Shown: positions 48,690 through 62,111, numbered from the stretch's first letter. The stretch: 64,000 nucleotides of DNA from Mobula hypostoma (GCF_963921235.1 NC_086098.1:236902001-236966000), one strand, 5' to 3'. The notes: generated by a model not told the origin, from the sequence alone. Numbers and translations are program-made.

Positions 48690-51190
48690 AGATACCAATG
48701 AATTATAGAAGCTAGGGCGTGGTTTCTGGAATGTTATATGTTTAGGGATGTGTTGGGTATAGGGTAGTGGTGGTATCGGGGCGAGCAATGACGCCATTTG
48801 GCCTTTGGATCATATTGTGTGCAAGGACTAAGAGAGCCGAGGTGGAGGCAATGGCCAAGTCACAGGGAAACATATTTACGATGTTTACATATTTACATTC
48901 CCTATGTTGAAGCCAGAATTTGGCCAAAGTCAACAGGAATGCAAATCTCATTCCTACAGGAACGATTGTGAATGAACAGCAGAGATGAGGGATGAAGAGA
49001 AATAGAAGGCCCCTGTGATTACGGTACGTGAGCGAAAACGGAGTAGACTTGCAAAGGGCACAAAGATCGGAAGGGCGGAATGAGATGGGTTTGACTGTCG
49101 TACTGAGTGAGGCTCCTAAGCTCCACGTTATGAAGAAATACTCAAATGGTGAAATAGTACAACCATCACTGACAAAGGAAGTCAAAGCTATTGTGAAAGC
49201 AATAGAAACGACATACAACAAATAAAAATTATTGGGAAGATAGGAGATTGAGACGTTTTTGAAAACCTACAGTGAGCAACTAAAACGCATTAGAAGGTAA
49301 AAGATGAAATATGAAAGCAAGCTCGCAAATAATATCACAGTTTATTTGCACATATTTTTTCAAGTATGTCAAAACGAAGTTGAAAAAAGACTGGATATAG
49401 AACCGCTAGAAAATAAGGCAGGAGAAATCATAACGGGGAACAACGAGATGACTGATGAACTAAATGAGTATTTTGCATCAGGCTTCACTGTGGAAGACAC
49501 TGGCAGTATGCTTGATGTTGTAGTGTGTGAAGGAAGAGAAGTGGGTGCAGTTACTATTACAAGTGAGAAGGTGCTCAAAAAGCTGAAAGACCTAGAGATA
49601 CATAAGGCACCCGGATCAGATGAACTACACCCTAGGGATCTGAAATAGGTAGCGTTGAGGATTGTGGTGGCATTAGAAATGATCTTTCAAAAATCAATGG
49701 ACTCTGGCATTGTGCCAGAGGACTGTAAAATTGCAAATGTCACTCCACTCTTTAAGAAAGGATGAAGACAGCAGAAAGGAAATTATAGACCTGTGAGTTT
49801 GACCTCAGTGTTTGGGAAGATGTTAGAGTCAATTGTTAAGGATGAGGCGATGGAGTACTTGGTAACACAGGACAAGATGGTACAAAGTCAGCATAGTTTC
49901 CTTCAGGGAAAATCCTGCCTGACAAATTTGTTGGAATTCTTTGAGGAGATTGCAGGTAGGACAGATAAAGGGGATGCACTGTATATCTTATATCTGGACT
50001 TTCAGAAGTCCTTTGACAAGGTGCCACACAAGAGGCTGCTTACCAAATTAAGAGCTCATCGTATTACAGGAAAGTTACTAACATGGTTAGAGGATTGGGC
50101 GACTGGTAGGAGACAGTGAGTGGGAATACAAGTATCCTTTTCTGGATGGCTGCCAGTGACTAGTGGTGTTCTGCAAGGGTCAACGTTGGGACCACTTTTT
50201 AAAAAGCTGTATATAAATGATTTAGATGATAGCATAGATGGCTTTGTTGCCAAATTTGCAGATGATACAAAGATTGGTGGAGGAGCAGATAGTGTTGAGG
50301 AAGCTGGTAGGACGCAGAGGGCTTAGACAGATTAGGAGAATGGGTGAGAAAGTGACAAATAAAATACAATATTGGAAAATGCATGGCCATGCATTTTGGT
50401 TGTAGAAATAAATGTGCAGACCATTTTCTAAACGGGGAGAAAATCCAAAAATCTGAGATGCAAAGGGACTTGGGAGTCCTTGTGCAGAACACTGTAAAGG
50501 TTAACTTGCAGGTCAAGTCGGTGATGAGGAAGGAAATTGTCATGTTAGCATTAATTTCAAGAGGTGTAGAATATAAGAGCAAGGATGTGGTGCTGAGGCT
50601 TTATAAGGCACTGGTGAGGCCTCACCTTGAGTATTGTGAACAGTTTTGGGCTCCTCATTTTAGAAAAGATGTGCTGGCATTGGAGAGGGTCTAAAGGAGT
50701 TTCACAAGGATGGTTTCAGGAATGAAACGGCTATCATACCAGGAACGTTTGATGGCACTGGGTCTGTACTCGCTGGAATTCAAAAGGATGGGGGGAGGGG
50801 AGGGGGGCAATCTCATTGAAAGCTTTTGAATGTTGAAAGTCCGAGACAGAGTAGACGTGGAAAGGATGGTGGGACAGAGTCTAGGACAAGTGGGTTCAGC
50901 CTCAGTATAGAGGGGCGCCCTTTCAAAGCAGCGATGCGGAGAAATTTTTGTAGCCAAAGGCTGGTGGATTTGCGGAATTTGTTGTCACATGCAGCTATGG
51001 AGGCCAGGTTGTTGAGTGTATTTAAGGCAGAGATTGATTGGTTTTTGATTGGACATGACATCAAATGTTACGGGGAGTAGGCCGGGAACTGGGGTGAGGA
51101 GGAGAAAAAAAGGATCATCCATGATTGAATGGCGGAGCAGATTCGATGGGCTAGATAGCCTAATTCTGCTCCTGTGGCTTATGGTCTTAT
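48690..51190 (+). mobile_element. Decayed CR1 LINE downstream of C3
   Basis: SLTSVFGKMLESI, QHSFLQGKSCLTNLLEFFE, KFADDTKIGG and RPHLEYCEQFW, with stops and frameshifts. Confidence 0.88.
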
Positions 51191-51460
51191 CTCCTAACAA
51201 CCACCCCCACTCACCCCTGACGTACTGCGAGCAGCTGAGTAAACACAGACCACGATAAACCCGCCGCTGTTTCCTCTTTAATAAGAGTTGTGTCATACAA
51301 GATCCAATCACATACAGACAATACCTGCAGAGGGATTTCTCTCCATTTTACGTAAAGCCGAAATTCAGGCCCAGGAGAGCGGATATAATTCTGCAGAGAA
51401 TTACGCGTCTCAAAAGATCGACTATCATCGTGCTCATTCCTAAAATTATTAAGCATTCTG

Positions 51461-51466
51461 TTTATT
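51461..51466 (-). terminator. Poly(A) signal AATAAA of cluster 3
   Basis: tttatt on plus, about 120 nt past the C3 stop. Confidence 0.7.
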
Positions 51467-51583
51467 GCCAGAAGTGTACATTACTACATAATTACATGGC
51501 ACAAGGCGGCTGCATAGCCCCAGAGCGGGTTTCACTGCATTAGACAGGAACAAACAATCTGACGTGTAATCAAATGGCTGTCC

Positions 51584-51912
51584 TCACTGTGCACAGGCGG
51601 ACAAAGAGATGGTGTTGCGCAGCGGCGAGCTCAGCGAGCTGTGGCTCACGCTGCAGGAATAGCTCGAGCCCTTTTCCCAGGCAGCAGCAGATACCCGCAG
51701 GTAACTGCTCAGCCTGTAGGTCTGGTCAGTGTCCAGGGACATGGCGCTTGTTGTCACCCCACTCTCCGTCTCGATTCCATCCACGGTCCAGCGCAGCGCA
51801 ACGAAACCTGGCTTAAATCCGCTCACCAGACAGGATAACGTGGCCGATCCTGAACCAGTCTCTTGTAGGGAAGGAGGGAGCAAAAGAACCGAGGGCCTCC
51901 GCGCCTGGTTAC
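51584..51912 (-). pseudogene. IgL sigma-cart constant exon, cluster 3 (open frame, acceptor mutated AG to AC)
   Basis: 108 codons ending SCSVSHSSLSSPLRNTISLSACAQ*. Acceptor reads cacacac|GT where cluster 1 reads cacacag|GT. Confidence 0.92.
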
Positions 51913-52637
51913 GTGTGTGTAAGAGAGGGCGGAGGGTGAAGAAAAACATTTCTAATTTATGAGCGCCTCCAGTCATTCACCCGAAACATGCTTTACGAAC
52001 TCCCATTGTTACCGTCTGATTAATCCATTGTTGCACCGACGGAAGTATATTTAAGATAAGATAAGTGGTAAGACTCTTCTTTATTCCTCCCACCATTTAC
52101 CCCTCTGCACTTAGTCGTATCATAAGGATATTGTAGTAGCTGTTAGGCCAAGAATTCCATATTATTTCCGTGATAGTTGCTGAGGAGTTTAGGACGTTCT
52201 AAAGTTGGAAAAAAACTGTGTATATTGAAAGACCCCCCCCCCACCACCACCCACTGTGGAACACGAAATAGATGTAAATCAGGGCAGGTCTGTGAGCCTG
52301 TTTGAGGCTGAATGACCAGAAACCGTTAGGCTGAGACGTAAACCACATCACTGATCTGCTCCCGGCCCGGGACTCTGAACAGTTCATCCTCCGCGCGCCA
52401 TTTTCGCGTTTCTTTGTCAGAAACTGACGTTTGTGTTAAATTTCCTGAACATGTGGACGGTGTTTAACAAGGAAAGGATTGTTGTCCTATGCCATTTTAT
52501 GGGGCGCGCTGTCTCCAGGATTGGACTCGGCCAGAATGGATTGATTCATTATGATGGGCCCGCAAGATCTGTGGTGGGCCTCGAGTGAGAACGATCAAGA
52601 AATGATCGTCGAATCCGGAGTAACGAACAATCTCAAA

Positions 52638-52800
52638 CACAATATGCTGGAGGAACTCAGCAAGTCAAGCAGCGTCTATGGAAAAGACCCTGATGAAGGG
52701 TCTCGGCCCAAAACATCAGCAGTTTACTCTTTTCCATAGACGATGCCTGACCTTCAGCATTTTTTCTATATTGCTTTGGACTTCCAGCATCTGCAGATTT
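52638..52800 (+). repeat. Penelope-end-derived fold-back in the cluster 3 J-C intron
   Basis: Perfect 15-bp inverted repeat at 52673-52687 / 52728-52742 flanking CTGATGAAGGGTCTCGGCCCAAAAC. Confidence 0.75.
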
Positions 52801-53083
52801 TCTCGTGGGGTACGAGCTGCATGAGAGAGGGGAAAGGAACTGTCGCGATTTCAGGTCAAAATTCCGCAAGGGCTGATCGAATTCTGGCGAAAATAGTTCA
52901 TGAGCTTTTTCGAGCTTTCCACTAGCCTCCTCGCCGATTCGGTGCGGCGATGGGACATGAAGGTCATAGATCGAGACCTCCCACAATCTGTAGTGAGCAA
53001 TTCCCGAATGGGGATTTCTCCAGCGGCAGGAAACGAGAACGACTGTAATGTGAATTTTTGAAACAGAAGAGGGAGTTACTTAC

Positions 53084-53443
53084 TCTTTATATCCAGCATC
53101 GTTCCCGGGCCATAGAAATAACCCACGTTATTCTCCCCAAACCGGCAGTAATAGACGGCGGAATCGCCGGGCTCCAGACTGCTGATGGTCAGGATATAAC
53201 TGTTGGCAGAGGTGTCTCTGGACGTTTGGAAAGGGTCAGTGACACCGGTTCCCCTATAAATATTATTACCAGCTGTATGTGAAATCACCCACTGCGGTCT
53301 CTCCCCCGGACGCTGGCGATCCCACAACACGCCGTAACTTGAAACCTTTCCCTTCTCCATCCGACACTCTAAGCGGGCGGTCTATCCCGCGGAGACAGGA
53401 CCCGAAAATAGAGTCTGATTGAGGACTGGAACCGCCAGGATAC
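53084..53443 (-). pseudogene. Germline-joined VJ exon, cluster 3, with a premature stop
   Basis: 360-nt exon with intact splice sites. TAG at 53382-53384, WDRQ in place of WYRQ and YGPG in place of FGPG. Confidence 0.95.
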
Positions 53444-53573
53444 CTGCAACGCAACACAATAAACCAGTGTTATTTGAAGCTAACGGGAAGTTCATCATCG
53501 TTAAAGACCCGCAGAAACCAGCATTATCGGGATTTTATCGGAATATCCGTGGGTGAACCAACCCTCCTCTCAC

Positions 53574-53622
53574 CTGTTAAATCGACCAGCAGAGCGCACA
53601 GAAGCTGCAGGGCTGGGGACAT
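53574..53622 (-). pseudogene. IgL leader exon, cluster 3
   Basis: MSPALQLLCALLVDLT plus G, donor GTGAGA, 130-nt intron. Confidence 0.92.
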
Positions 53623-53699
53623 CTCTCCGGAAAGATGCAGACAGAGAGCGCCGAAATTTCCGACCGAACCGCGCGCTGCTTCGAGTGGGAGTTGCTTCG

Positions 53700-53770
53700 A
53701 TTCCAGCGAATGCAAACAGAGCCGCGGGTTCTGTTTATTAACCAGGATGCTAATGAGTGGGAGGCGCCGG
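53700..53770 (-). promoter_or_regulatory. Putative V promoter, cluster 3, with two 7/8 octamers
   Basis: ATTAGCAT (53747-53754), TAATAAA (53734-53740) and GTTTGCAT (53710-53717) on the minus strand. Confidence 0.65.
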
Positions 53771-53879
53771 GGACTGGATATGTGCGGTGACTGACCACCC
53801 GTCCTCTAGAAACAACTGACGGCGAATTAAATGATCGCTGAATCCTTAACTTTCATTTGAAGAAGATTCATTTCAGTTG

Positions 53880-56800
53880 GATCCAGGCTTGGGGATATTT
53901 GATAGACTTCGAGACCAAAGTGATCTGAGACACTGGAGCCTTTTTCAGGAGCAACATGGGGCTATTGAGACCATCGGCCATGACCCCAGTTGTTGCTGTG
54001 ATCAAATCAGTCAATGTATCAGAATTAGGCCATCTTGCCCACTAAGTCTGCTCGGCCATTTCATCATGTCTGATCTATTTTCCCTCCTAGCCCACCTCAT
54101 GCCTTCTCCCCATATTCCTTCATGCCCTGACTGTCAATAATATATCAACATCTGCCTCAAGTATACATACAAACTTGTCCCATTTGCCTGTGGCAAAGAA
54201 TTCAACAGATTCCTCACTCTCTGGCTAAAGAAATTCCTCTTCTTCTTCGTTCTAAAATGACTCTCCTCTATTCTGAGGCTGTGTTCTTTGGTATTAAACT
54301 CTTCCATTACAGGAAACATTCTCTCCTCATTCACTCTATCAAGGCCTTTCACCATTCGACAAGCTTCTATTAAGTCACCCTTCATTCTTCTGAATTCCAG
54401 TGAATATAGTCTCAGAGCCTCCTAACGGCATTCATATGACAGGCCGTTTAAACCTGGAACCATTTTCGTGAACAGCTTTTGACCTTCTCCAGTTACAGCC
54501 CATCCCTTCTAAGATAAGAAGCCCAACACTGCTCACAATACTCCAAGTGAGACTTCACTATTGATTTCTAGTCTCAAAGTTACATCCTTGCTTTTCTATT
54601 CTAGTCCTCTTGAAATGAATGCTAACATCCCAATTGCCTTCCTTACCACATACTCAACGTGAAAATCAACCTTTAGGGAATCCTGCACAAGCACTCCCAA
54701 GTCCCCTTGCGCTTCAGTTGTTCTTTTGTATTTAGAAAATGGTCATTTTTTTCTACGAAAGTGTATACATTTCTCGACACAGTATTCTACCTGCCAGTTT
54801 TTTTGCCCATTCTCTTAATCTTTCTAAGTCCTTCTGTAATCTTTCTGCTTTCGCAAGTCTACCTGTCCCTTCACCCATCTTCTTATCGTCTGCGAACCTT
54901 TCAACGAAGCTATCAATTTCATCATCTAAAACATTAATATATAACGTAAAAAGCATCTGCCCCAACACAGAGCCGTATGGAACACCACGAGTCACTGGCA
55001 GCCAACAAAAAAGGCTCCCATTATTCCCACCCGTTGCTTCCTGGCCATCACGGACTACTTTACCATACTAGAATCTTTCTTGCAATACAATGGGCTCGTA
55101 GCTTGTGAAGCAGCCTCATGTGTGGCACTCTGTCAAAGGCCTTCAGAAAATTCAAATAAACAACAACTCCTTTGTCTATGTTGCTTGTTATTCCTTCAAA
55201 TAATTCCAACAGATTCGTTAGGCAAATTTTCCCTTGTGGAAACCATGCTGACTACGAACTATTTTATAATGTACCTCCACATACCCCGAAACCACAATAG
55301 ACTCGAACATCTACCCAGCCACTGAGGTCAGACTAAGCGGCCTAGAATTTTCTTTCTTCTGCCTCTCTCTCTTCTTGAAGAGTGGCGTGACTTTGCAATT
55401 TTCCAGTTTTCCAGAATCATTCCAGAATCTAGTGATTCTTGGAAGGTGATTACTAATGCCTCTACAATCTGTTCACCGTCTCTTTCAGAACCATTGGGTG
55501 TACACCATCTGGTTCAGGCGATGTATCTACCCTCAGGCCTTTCAATTCCTCAAGAACTTTCTCCTTAGTAATGGTAACTTCACGCACTACATGACCCCTG
55601 ACAAGTGGAACTTCTATCAGACTGTTAGTGTCTCCCATAGTGAAGGCTCAGTTTCATATTCAGTTCTTTCAACATTTCCTTATCCCCCAATACTACCTCT
55701 CCAGAACTGTTTTCCAGCAGTCCGATATCCACTGTCGCCTCTCCCTTACACTTTATATATCTGAAGAAACTTATGGCATTCTCTTTAATATTATTGACTA
55801 GATTTGTTTCGTATTCCATCTCTACCTTCTTAATGACTTTTAAAAAGATCGCTTCTGTTGGTATTTGAAGGCTGCCCAATCCTCTAACTTCCCACTAATT
55901 TTTCTCTATAACACATCCACCCTTTGACTTTATTGTGAGCTTTGACTTCTTTAGTTAGCCACACTTGTGCCATTTTGCCTTTTGAATACTTATTCTTCTT
56001 TGAGATATATATATATATTTGTGTCTTCCAAATTGCTTCCAGGAATTCCAGCCATTGCTGCTCTGCCGTCATCCCTGCCAATGTTCTTTCCCAGTCAATT
56101 TTGGACAACTCCTCTCTCATGCCTCTGTAATTTCCTTTACTCCACTGCAATGCTGACACATCTCACTTCTGGTACTCCTTGTTAAAAATCAGGGTGAATT
56201 CGATCATATTATGATCACGTATCCCTAAAGGTTCCTTTACCTTAAGCTCTCCAATCAATTTCGGATCATTGCACAACATCCACTCCAGAATAGCGGATCC
56301 CCGAATGGGCTCAAACACCAGCTGATCCAAAAAGTGATCTATCTCGTAGGCATTTTAGAAATCTCGCCTCCTGGAAGCCAGAGCCAATGTTATTTTCCCA
56401 GTCTACCGGCATATTGAAATCTCCATTGACTATTGTACGATTTCCTTTTTGGCATGTATTTTCTATCTTCCGTTGTCGTTTGTAGACCACGTCCTTCCTA
56501 CTGTTTGGAGGGTCTGTTTATAACTCCCATCAGGGCCCTTTTACCCTTGCAGTTCCTTAGCTCTACCCACAATGATTCATCATCCTACGACCTCATGCCA
56601 CATTTTTCTAATGATTTGAATTCATTTTATTTACCAACGGAGAAAGGCCAACCCCTCTGACTTCCTGCCTGTCCTGTTGATAGAATGTATATTCGCGAAC
56701 ATTAAATTCCCAGCAATAATCTTCTTTCAGCCATGATTCACTGATGCCTACAACATCAGACATGCCAATCTATAACTGTGCTACAAATTCATCTACTTCA

Positions 56801-57400
56801 TTCCGTTTACTGCGCGCATTGAAATGTAACACCTTCAGTCTTTTCGATTTTCCCACCTTTTACGTTGCAACTCATCCTGCTGACTGCAATTTCACCCTAT
56901 CATCCTTGTTTGGAGTCTCACTAAATATTGCCTCTGTTTGTAAACCAACTACCTCATCTTTAGCACTATCATTCCGGTTCACATCCCCAGCCAAATTAGC
57001 TTAAACCAAGTATATTGGACCCACTCAGGTTCAGGTGTAACCCGTCCCTTTTGTACAGGTCATAACTTCCCAAAAAGAGATCCCAATAAACTCTAAAGTT
57101 GAACCACTGCCCCCTCCACTAGTTATTCAGCCACACATTCACCTGCAAAATCATTCTATCTAACTCTCATTGGAACATGGCACATGCATCAATTCAGAGA
57201 TTACTATCCTGGAAGTACTGCTTCTCAGCTTTCTATATATCTCCCTAAAATCTATCTTCAGGACATCCTCATCTTGTCTACTTATGTCATTGGTGCCAAT
57301 ATGCTGCAATACATTTCGGTGCTCACCCTTGAGAATGACATGGAGCCCCCCGATCTTGGTACCAGGAGGCAACATAGCATCCGGATGTCTCTATCGCACC
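53880..57400 (-). mobile_element. Decayed CR1 LINE upstream of the cluster 3 promoter
   Basis: HIGTNDI (ORF1), WSKGNYRGMREEL, GVPYGSVLG..FADDKK and NFFSQRV. Confidence 0.88.
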
Positions 57401-58649
57401 CACAGGGCATACAGACAGAGGTGCATGTGTTCTGGTTAGCACGAAGGTATTGAGATGTCGAACAGCCTGGGAGAAGAAGCTGTTAACCATCCTGGCAGTC
57501 CTGGTTCTTATAGTGCAGTACCTTCTGCCTGGCGGCAGGTTGTCAAACAGTTCGTAGGAAGGATGAGAGGAATATTTGACAATGCTGGAGGCACTGCTTA
57601 TGTAGTGCTTCTGATATGTATCCTGAATGGGGGGAGGGAGACCTTGATGATATTTTCAGCAGTCCTTACTATCCGCTGCAGGGTCTTGGATCTGTTGCAA
57701 TGCAATGCCCATACCAGATAGCGATGCAACAGGACGGAGCATTTGATGCTGCTCCGGTAGGATATGGTAAAAATGAGTGAGGTTCGAACATTCGCTGTTA
57801 TTTCTGTTTCTTCTTATTCGCTGTTTCTTCTTATTCTACCCGCATTCATGGACACTTTATTTTAGAGACTGTGACCCCTTGTTTTTGACACTGTGGCCAG
57901 TGAAATCATCACCACTGTATCTCCGTCATCAAACATACGCTTCAGTGAGATTGTCTTTCATTAGTTCGAGATCTGGCGTCTATAGGCCCAGACTGCGTCA
58001 CCACTCTTAATATAGGAAAAGCGTAAACTGAATTTAATTGTTTAAATCTTTCTTGCCCTCCCTCCATCACTGGTATGTTATTTTATAACCATGAAGATCA
58101 GACCTATGACGACATTTCTAAAGTATAGTTGTATTTATATGTTAAAATTCTATGATGTGTGCACCAGAACAAACAAGCACTTCCTGTTTCAGCACCCTTC
58201 AAGCTCCGCCACTAAATATTACTCCAATCGTCTTTTTCTCTCTTGATAAATGTATCACTGTTCCTTTTTTCATAATTTTCCATTCATCGATTCCCAACGG
58301 TTCACCCAAACTACCAATAACACTTCAATCTTTCTGGATTCCTCTCACAAACCTAGGATAATTCAGCAAAGCTGAATATATTACACTCACTAAAAGTCAA
58401 CATGTGCAACATACCTTTGCTTCCAACTTTTATATTTGGAACCGTAATTTTTTCTTAGAGATTTCAGTTCCGACTTCCTGTCTTCTGTTTGCATTTCATT
58501 AGAGTCCAGATTTATCCTGTAACTGATGGGAAAATAAATAGTCTGTAGGTCTCTCTCCCACTGTCTGTCTGTCTGTCCCTCTCTCACTCTGTCTGTATCT
58601 CTTTCCTTGGCCTTCTCTCGCTCACCCCCCTCTCTTTCTCTCACTCCTG

Positions 58650-58681
<32 letters not shown>

Positions 58682-59109
58682 CGATATAGATTTTTTTTTG
58701 TCGTTTCTGCATTGGTACGTATCTCTAGCCTTCTTTATTGTATTTTAAAAAATCACTGCATGACAGCTCCTGTACACAGTCCATTATGAGATGCAGCAAT
58801 CATATCCTCAGAGGTAACGCGACTTGAACAGTTCTGTTTGGTTGTGCTGTGACTCAGTTGCATTCACGGAACGTTAGGGATCGATGGTTTCAAAAGTGGT
58901 GTCGATTAGTTCGATGATTCCATGACATCCATTGCGGATGCGACACACCAGCGATGATAGGCCTGTGGTCTCCACGCTCACTCTCCGGCCCTTTCCTATG
59001 GGGGTCTGGTAATGTCACTGTCAATGGGTCCAGTGTGAAACATCACCCGTCAGTGCTGTTGTCATAAGTTATTTCACCGCCACTACCCTTCATCCCTCTA
59101 CCTTCTTCA

Positions 59110-59790
59110 GACAAGTGTGAGGTGTTCAACTTGGGAGGACAAACCAGAGTAGGACTTACGCGAAGATTCGTAAGGCATCGAGGAGTGCGGTACAACAGAG
59201 GCATCTAGTAAAACAGATCTATAACTTCTTATAAGTGGTTTCACAGGTAGGTAGGATCCTAAAGAAAACTATTGGCACAATGTCTTTGATAAACCAAAGC
59301 AGGGAGTACAGGAGTGGGCTGTTAGGTTGAAGTTATAAGACGTCGGAGAGTCTTAATGGGGTATTGTGTGCCGATTTGGTCACCTATCTGCTGAAAATAT
59401 ATCAATAAGATTGAAAGAGTGCAGAGAAATTGTACAAGGTTGTAGACAGGACCGGTGGACCTGAGTTACAGGGGAAGTTTCAATAAGTTATGACTTCATT
59501 CCCTAAAGCCTAGAAGAATGAAGGGACAGTTGATAGAGGGGTATAGATAGAATAAATGCAAGCAGGCTTTTCCCACGGAGGTTAGATGAGATAGAGCTAA
59601 TGGTTTAAAGGTGACAGGTGAAATTTTTAAGGGGAGCATGAGGGTAAACTTCTTCACTGAGAAGTTAATGAGGGTGTGGAACGAGCTGACAGTGGAAGTG
59701 CTGGATGCGAGGTCGTTTTCAACATTGAAAAGATACTTTGATAGATACAGGGATGGGAGAGGTTTGGAGGGTTACGGATGGGACGATGCA
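59110..59790 (+). mobile_element. Decayed CR1 3' fragment
   Basis: FKGSMRVNFFTEK..VWNEL remnant. Confidence 0.75.
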
Positions 59791-60269
59791 GAATAAAACG
59801 CCAGCATGGAGAGATAGGCCGAGGGATATATTTCAGAAATATATATTGCTCTAACATTCTGCGACTCCATCTCTGCGCTGATGGATGAACATTGCGTACT
59901 GGAAGAGCAGACGAATCTTCCAATGTTTTACGTAACAAAACCATTGCCCTCCACCCTTCGTTGGTAACCCAGGGTCCGTTCCCCTTCTAGCCCTGCAAGC
60001 CTCCATATTATCTGCTTAATTTACAATTAATGATCACCAAATTATCCAGGACCAACTTTAGCCTTCAATCGCCAAGCCCGCAAGCCTTAAAATTCCATGA
60101 ATTCTGTCTTCCAGTAGCACAGTGCTCGAGGACTACCCTTTTGATGAAGTGCTTTCTCATCTCTCCGAATGCGTCCAATCCACCTCGAGGTCAATGCTTT
60201 TCTGACAGAACCACTATGAAGCAACTTGTTTTGCTTTTCTCAATATGTTCTCAGAATCTTAATTAGTTT

Positions 60270-60515
60270 TTTTTAGAGATACAGCACGGCAACATGCCTT
60301 TCGGGCCAACGAAGCCGCGCCGCCCAGTTATGCCTATGTGACGATCCAACCTATTAACCCATACGTCTTTGGAATGTGAGAGGGAACTGCAGCACCCAAA
60401 AGAAACCTACACAATTACGAGAAGAATATACAAACTACTTTCATACAGCAGAGGGAATTGAACACGGTCGCGGGCGCTGTAATAGCGTTACACCAACAGC
60501 TGCGCGACCGTGACG
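60270..60515 (-). mobile_element. V-SINE (HE1-like) with tRNA-derived head
   Basis: Minus strand starts cacggtcgcgcagctgttggtgtaacgctattacagcgcc...gtgttcaattcc (B-box-like), followed by a V-domain-like body. Confidence 0.65.
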
Positions 60516-60894
60516 CACAGTTTAGTCATTGTTTAGGGTATTTTTCATAGATCAGGTATCAATCAATTGCAGTTCAGGGAGGAGTACAGGCTTCCCCGCT
60601 GCACCTCTCCTCTCTGACCCTCACATCCCACAAATAAAATTGGTAAGGAACGAAAATGCATTGTTATTATTAATTCGGAGAGGACTGTAATATAAAAGGG
60701 AGGATGGAATTCTGAAACTTTCTAACCCATTGGCCAGACCGCACTTGGAGCATCATAAGCAGTTTTGAGGCACTCATCTCGGCCTGAAACGTCGACTGCA
60801 CCTCTTCCTATAGATGCTGCTTGGCCTGCTGCGTTCACCAGCAACTTCGATGTATGTTGCTTGAATTTCCAGCATCTGCAGAATTCCTGTTGTT

Positions 60895-61876
60895 CCCATT
60901 ATTCCCACCCGTTGCTTCCTGGCCATCACGGACTACTTTACCATACTAGAATCTTTCTTGCAATAAAATGCGCTCGTAGCTTGTGAAGCAGCCTCATGTG
61001 TGGCACTATGTCAAAGGCCTTCAGAAAATTCTAATGCACCACATCTCCGTTGTCTATCCTGCTTGTTATTTCTTCAAATAATTCCAACAGATTTGTCAGG
61101 TAAATTTTCCCTTGTGAAAACCTTGCTGACTACGAACTATTTTATAATGTACCTCCACGTACCCCGAAACCACAATCGACTCGAACATCTACCCAGCCAC
61201 TAAAGTCAGACTAATTGGCCTAGAATTTTCTTTCTTCTGCCCCTCTCTCTTCTAGAAGAGTGGTGTGACGTTCCAATTTTCCAGTTTTCCAGAATCATTC
61301 CAGAATCTAGTGATTCTTGGAAGGTGATTACTAATGCCTCCACAGTCTCTTCACCACCTCTTTCAGAACCATTGGGTGTACACCATCTGGTTCAGGCGAC
61401 GTATCTACCCTCAGGCCTTTCAATTCCTCAAGAACTTTCTCCTTAGTAATGGTAACTTCACGCACTACATGACCCCTGAGAAGTGGAACTTCTTTCAGAC
61501 TGCTAGTGTCTCCCATAGTGAAGACTGATGCAAAATGCATATTCAGTTCTTCCACCATTTCCTTATCCCCCAATACTACCTCTCCAGAACTGTTTTCCAG
61601 CAGCCCGATAGCAACTCTCGTCTCTCCTTTAGACTTTATATATCTGAAGAAACATTGGTATACTCTTTAATATTATTGGATAGCTTTGTTTCGTGTTCCA
61701 TACCTTCTTAATGACTTTTTAATAGTTAGTTTCTGTTGGTATTTGAAGGCTGCCCAATCTTCTAACTTCCCACTAATTTTGCTCTATAACACATCCGCCC
61801 TTTGGCTTTTATGTTAGCTTTGACTTCTCTAGTTAGCCACATTTGTGCTGTCTTGTCTTTAGAATACTTATTCCTC
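60895..61876 (-). repeat. ~1 kb duplicate of the CR1 segment at ~55017-55995
   Basis: Collinear, about 90% identical by eye, with shared idiosyncratic changes. Confidence 0.8.
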
Positions 61877-62111
61877 NNNNNNNNNNNNNNNNNNNNNNNN
61901 NNNNNNNNNNNNNNNNNNNNNNNNNNNNNNNNNNNNNNNNNNNNNNNNNNNNNNNNNNNNNNNNNNNNNNNNNNNNNNNNNNNNNNNNNNNNNNNNNNNN
62001 NNNNNNNNNNNNNNNNNNNNNNNNNNNNNNNNNNNNNNNNNNNNNNNNNNNNNNNNNNNNNNNNNNNNNNNNNNNNNNNNNNNNNNNNNNNNNNNNNNNN
62101 NNNNNNNNNNN
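61877..62111. other. Assembly gap (235 N)
   Basis: Read directly. Confidence 1.
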
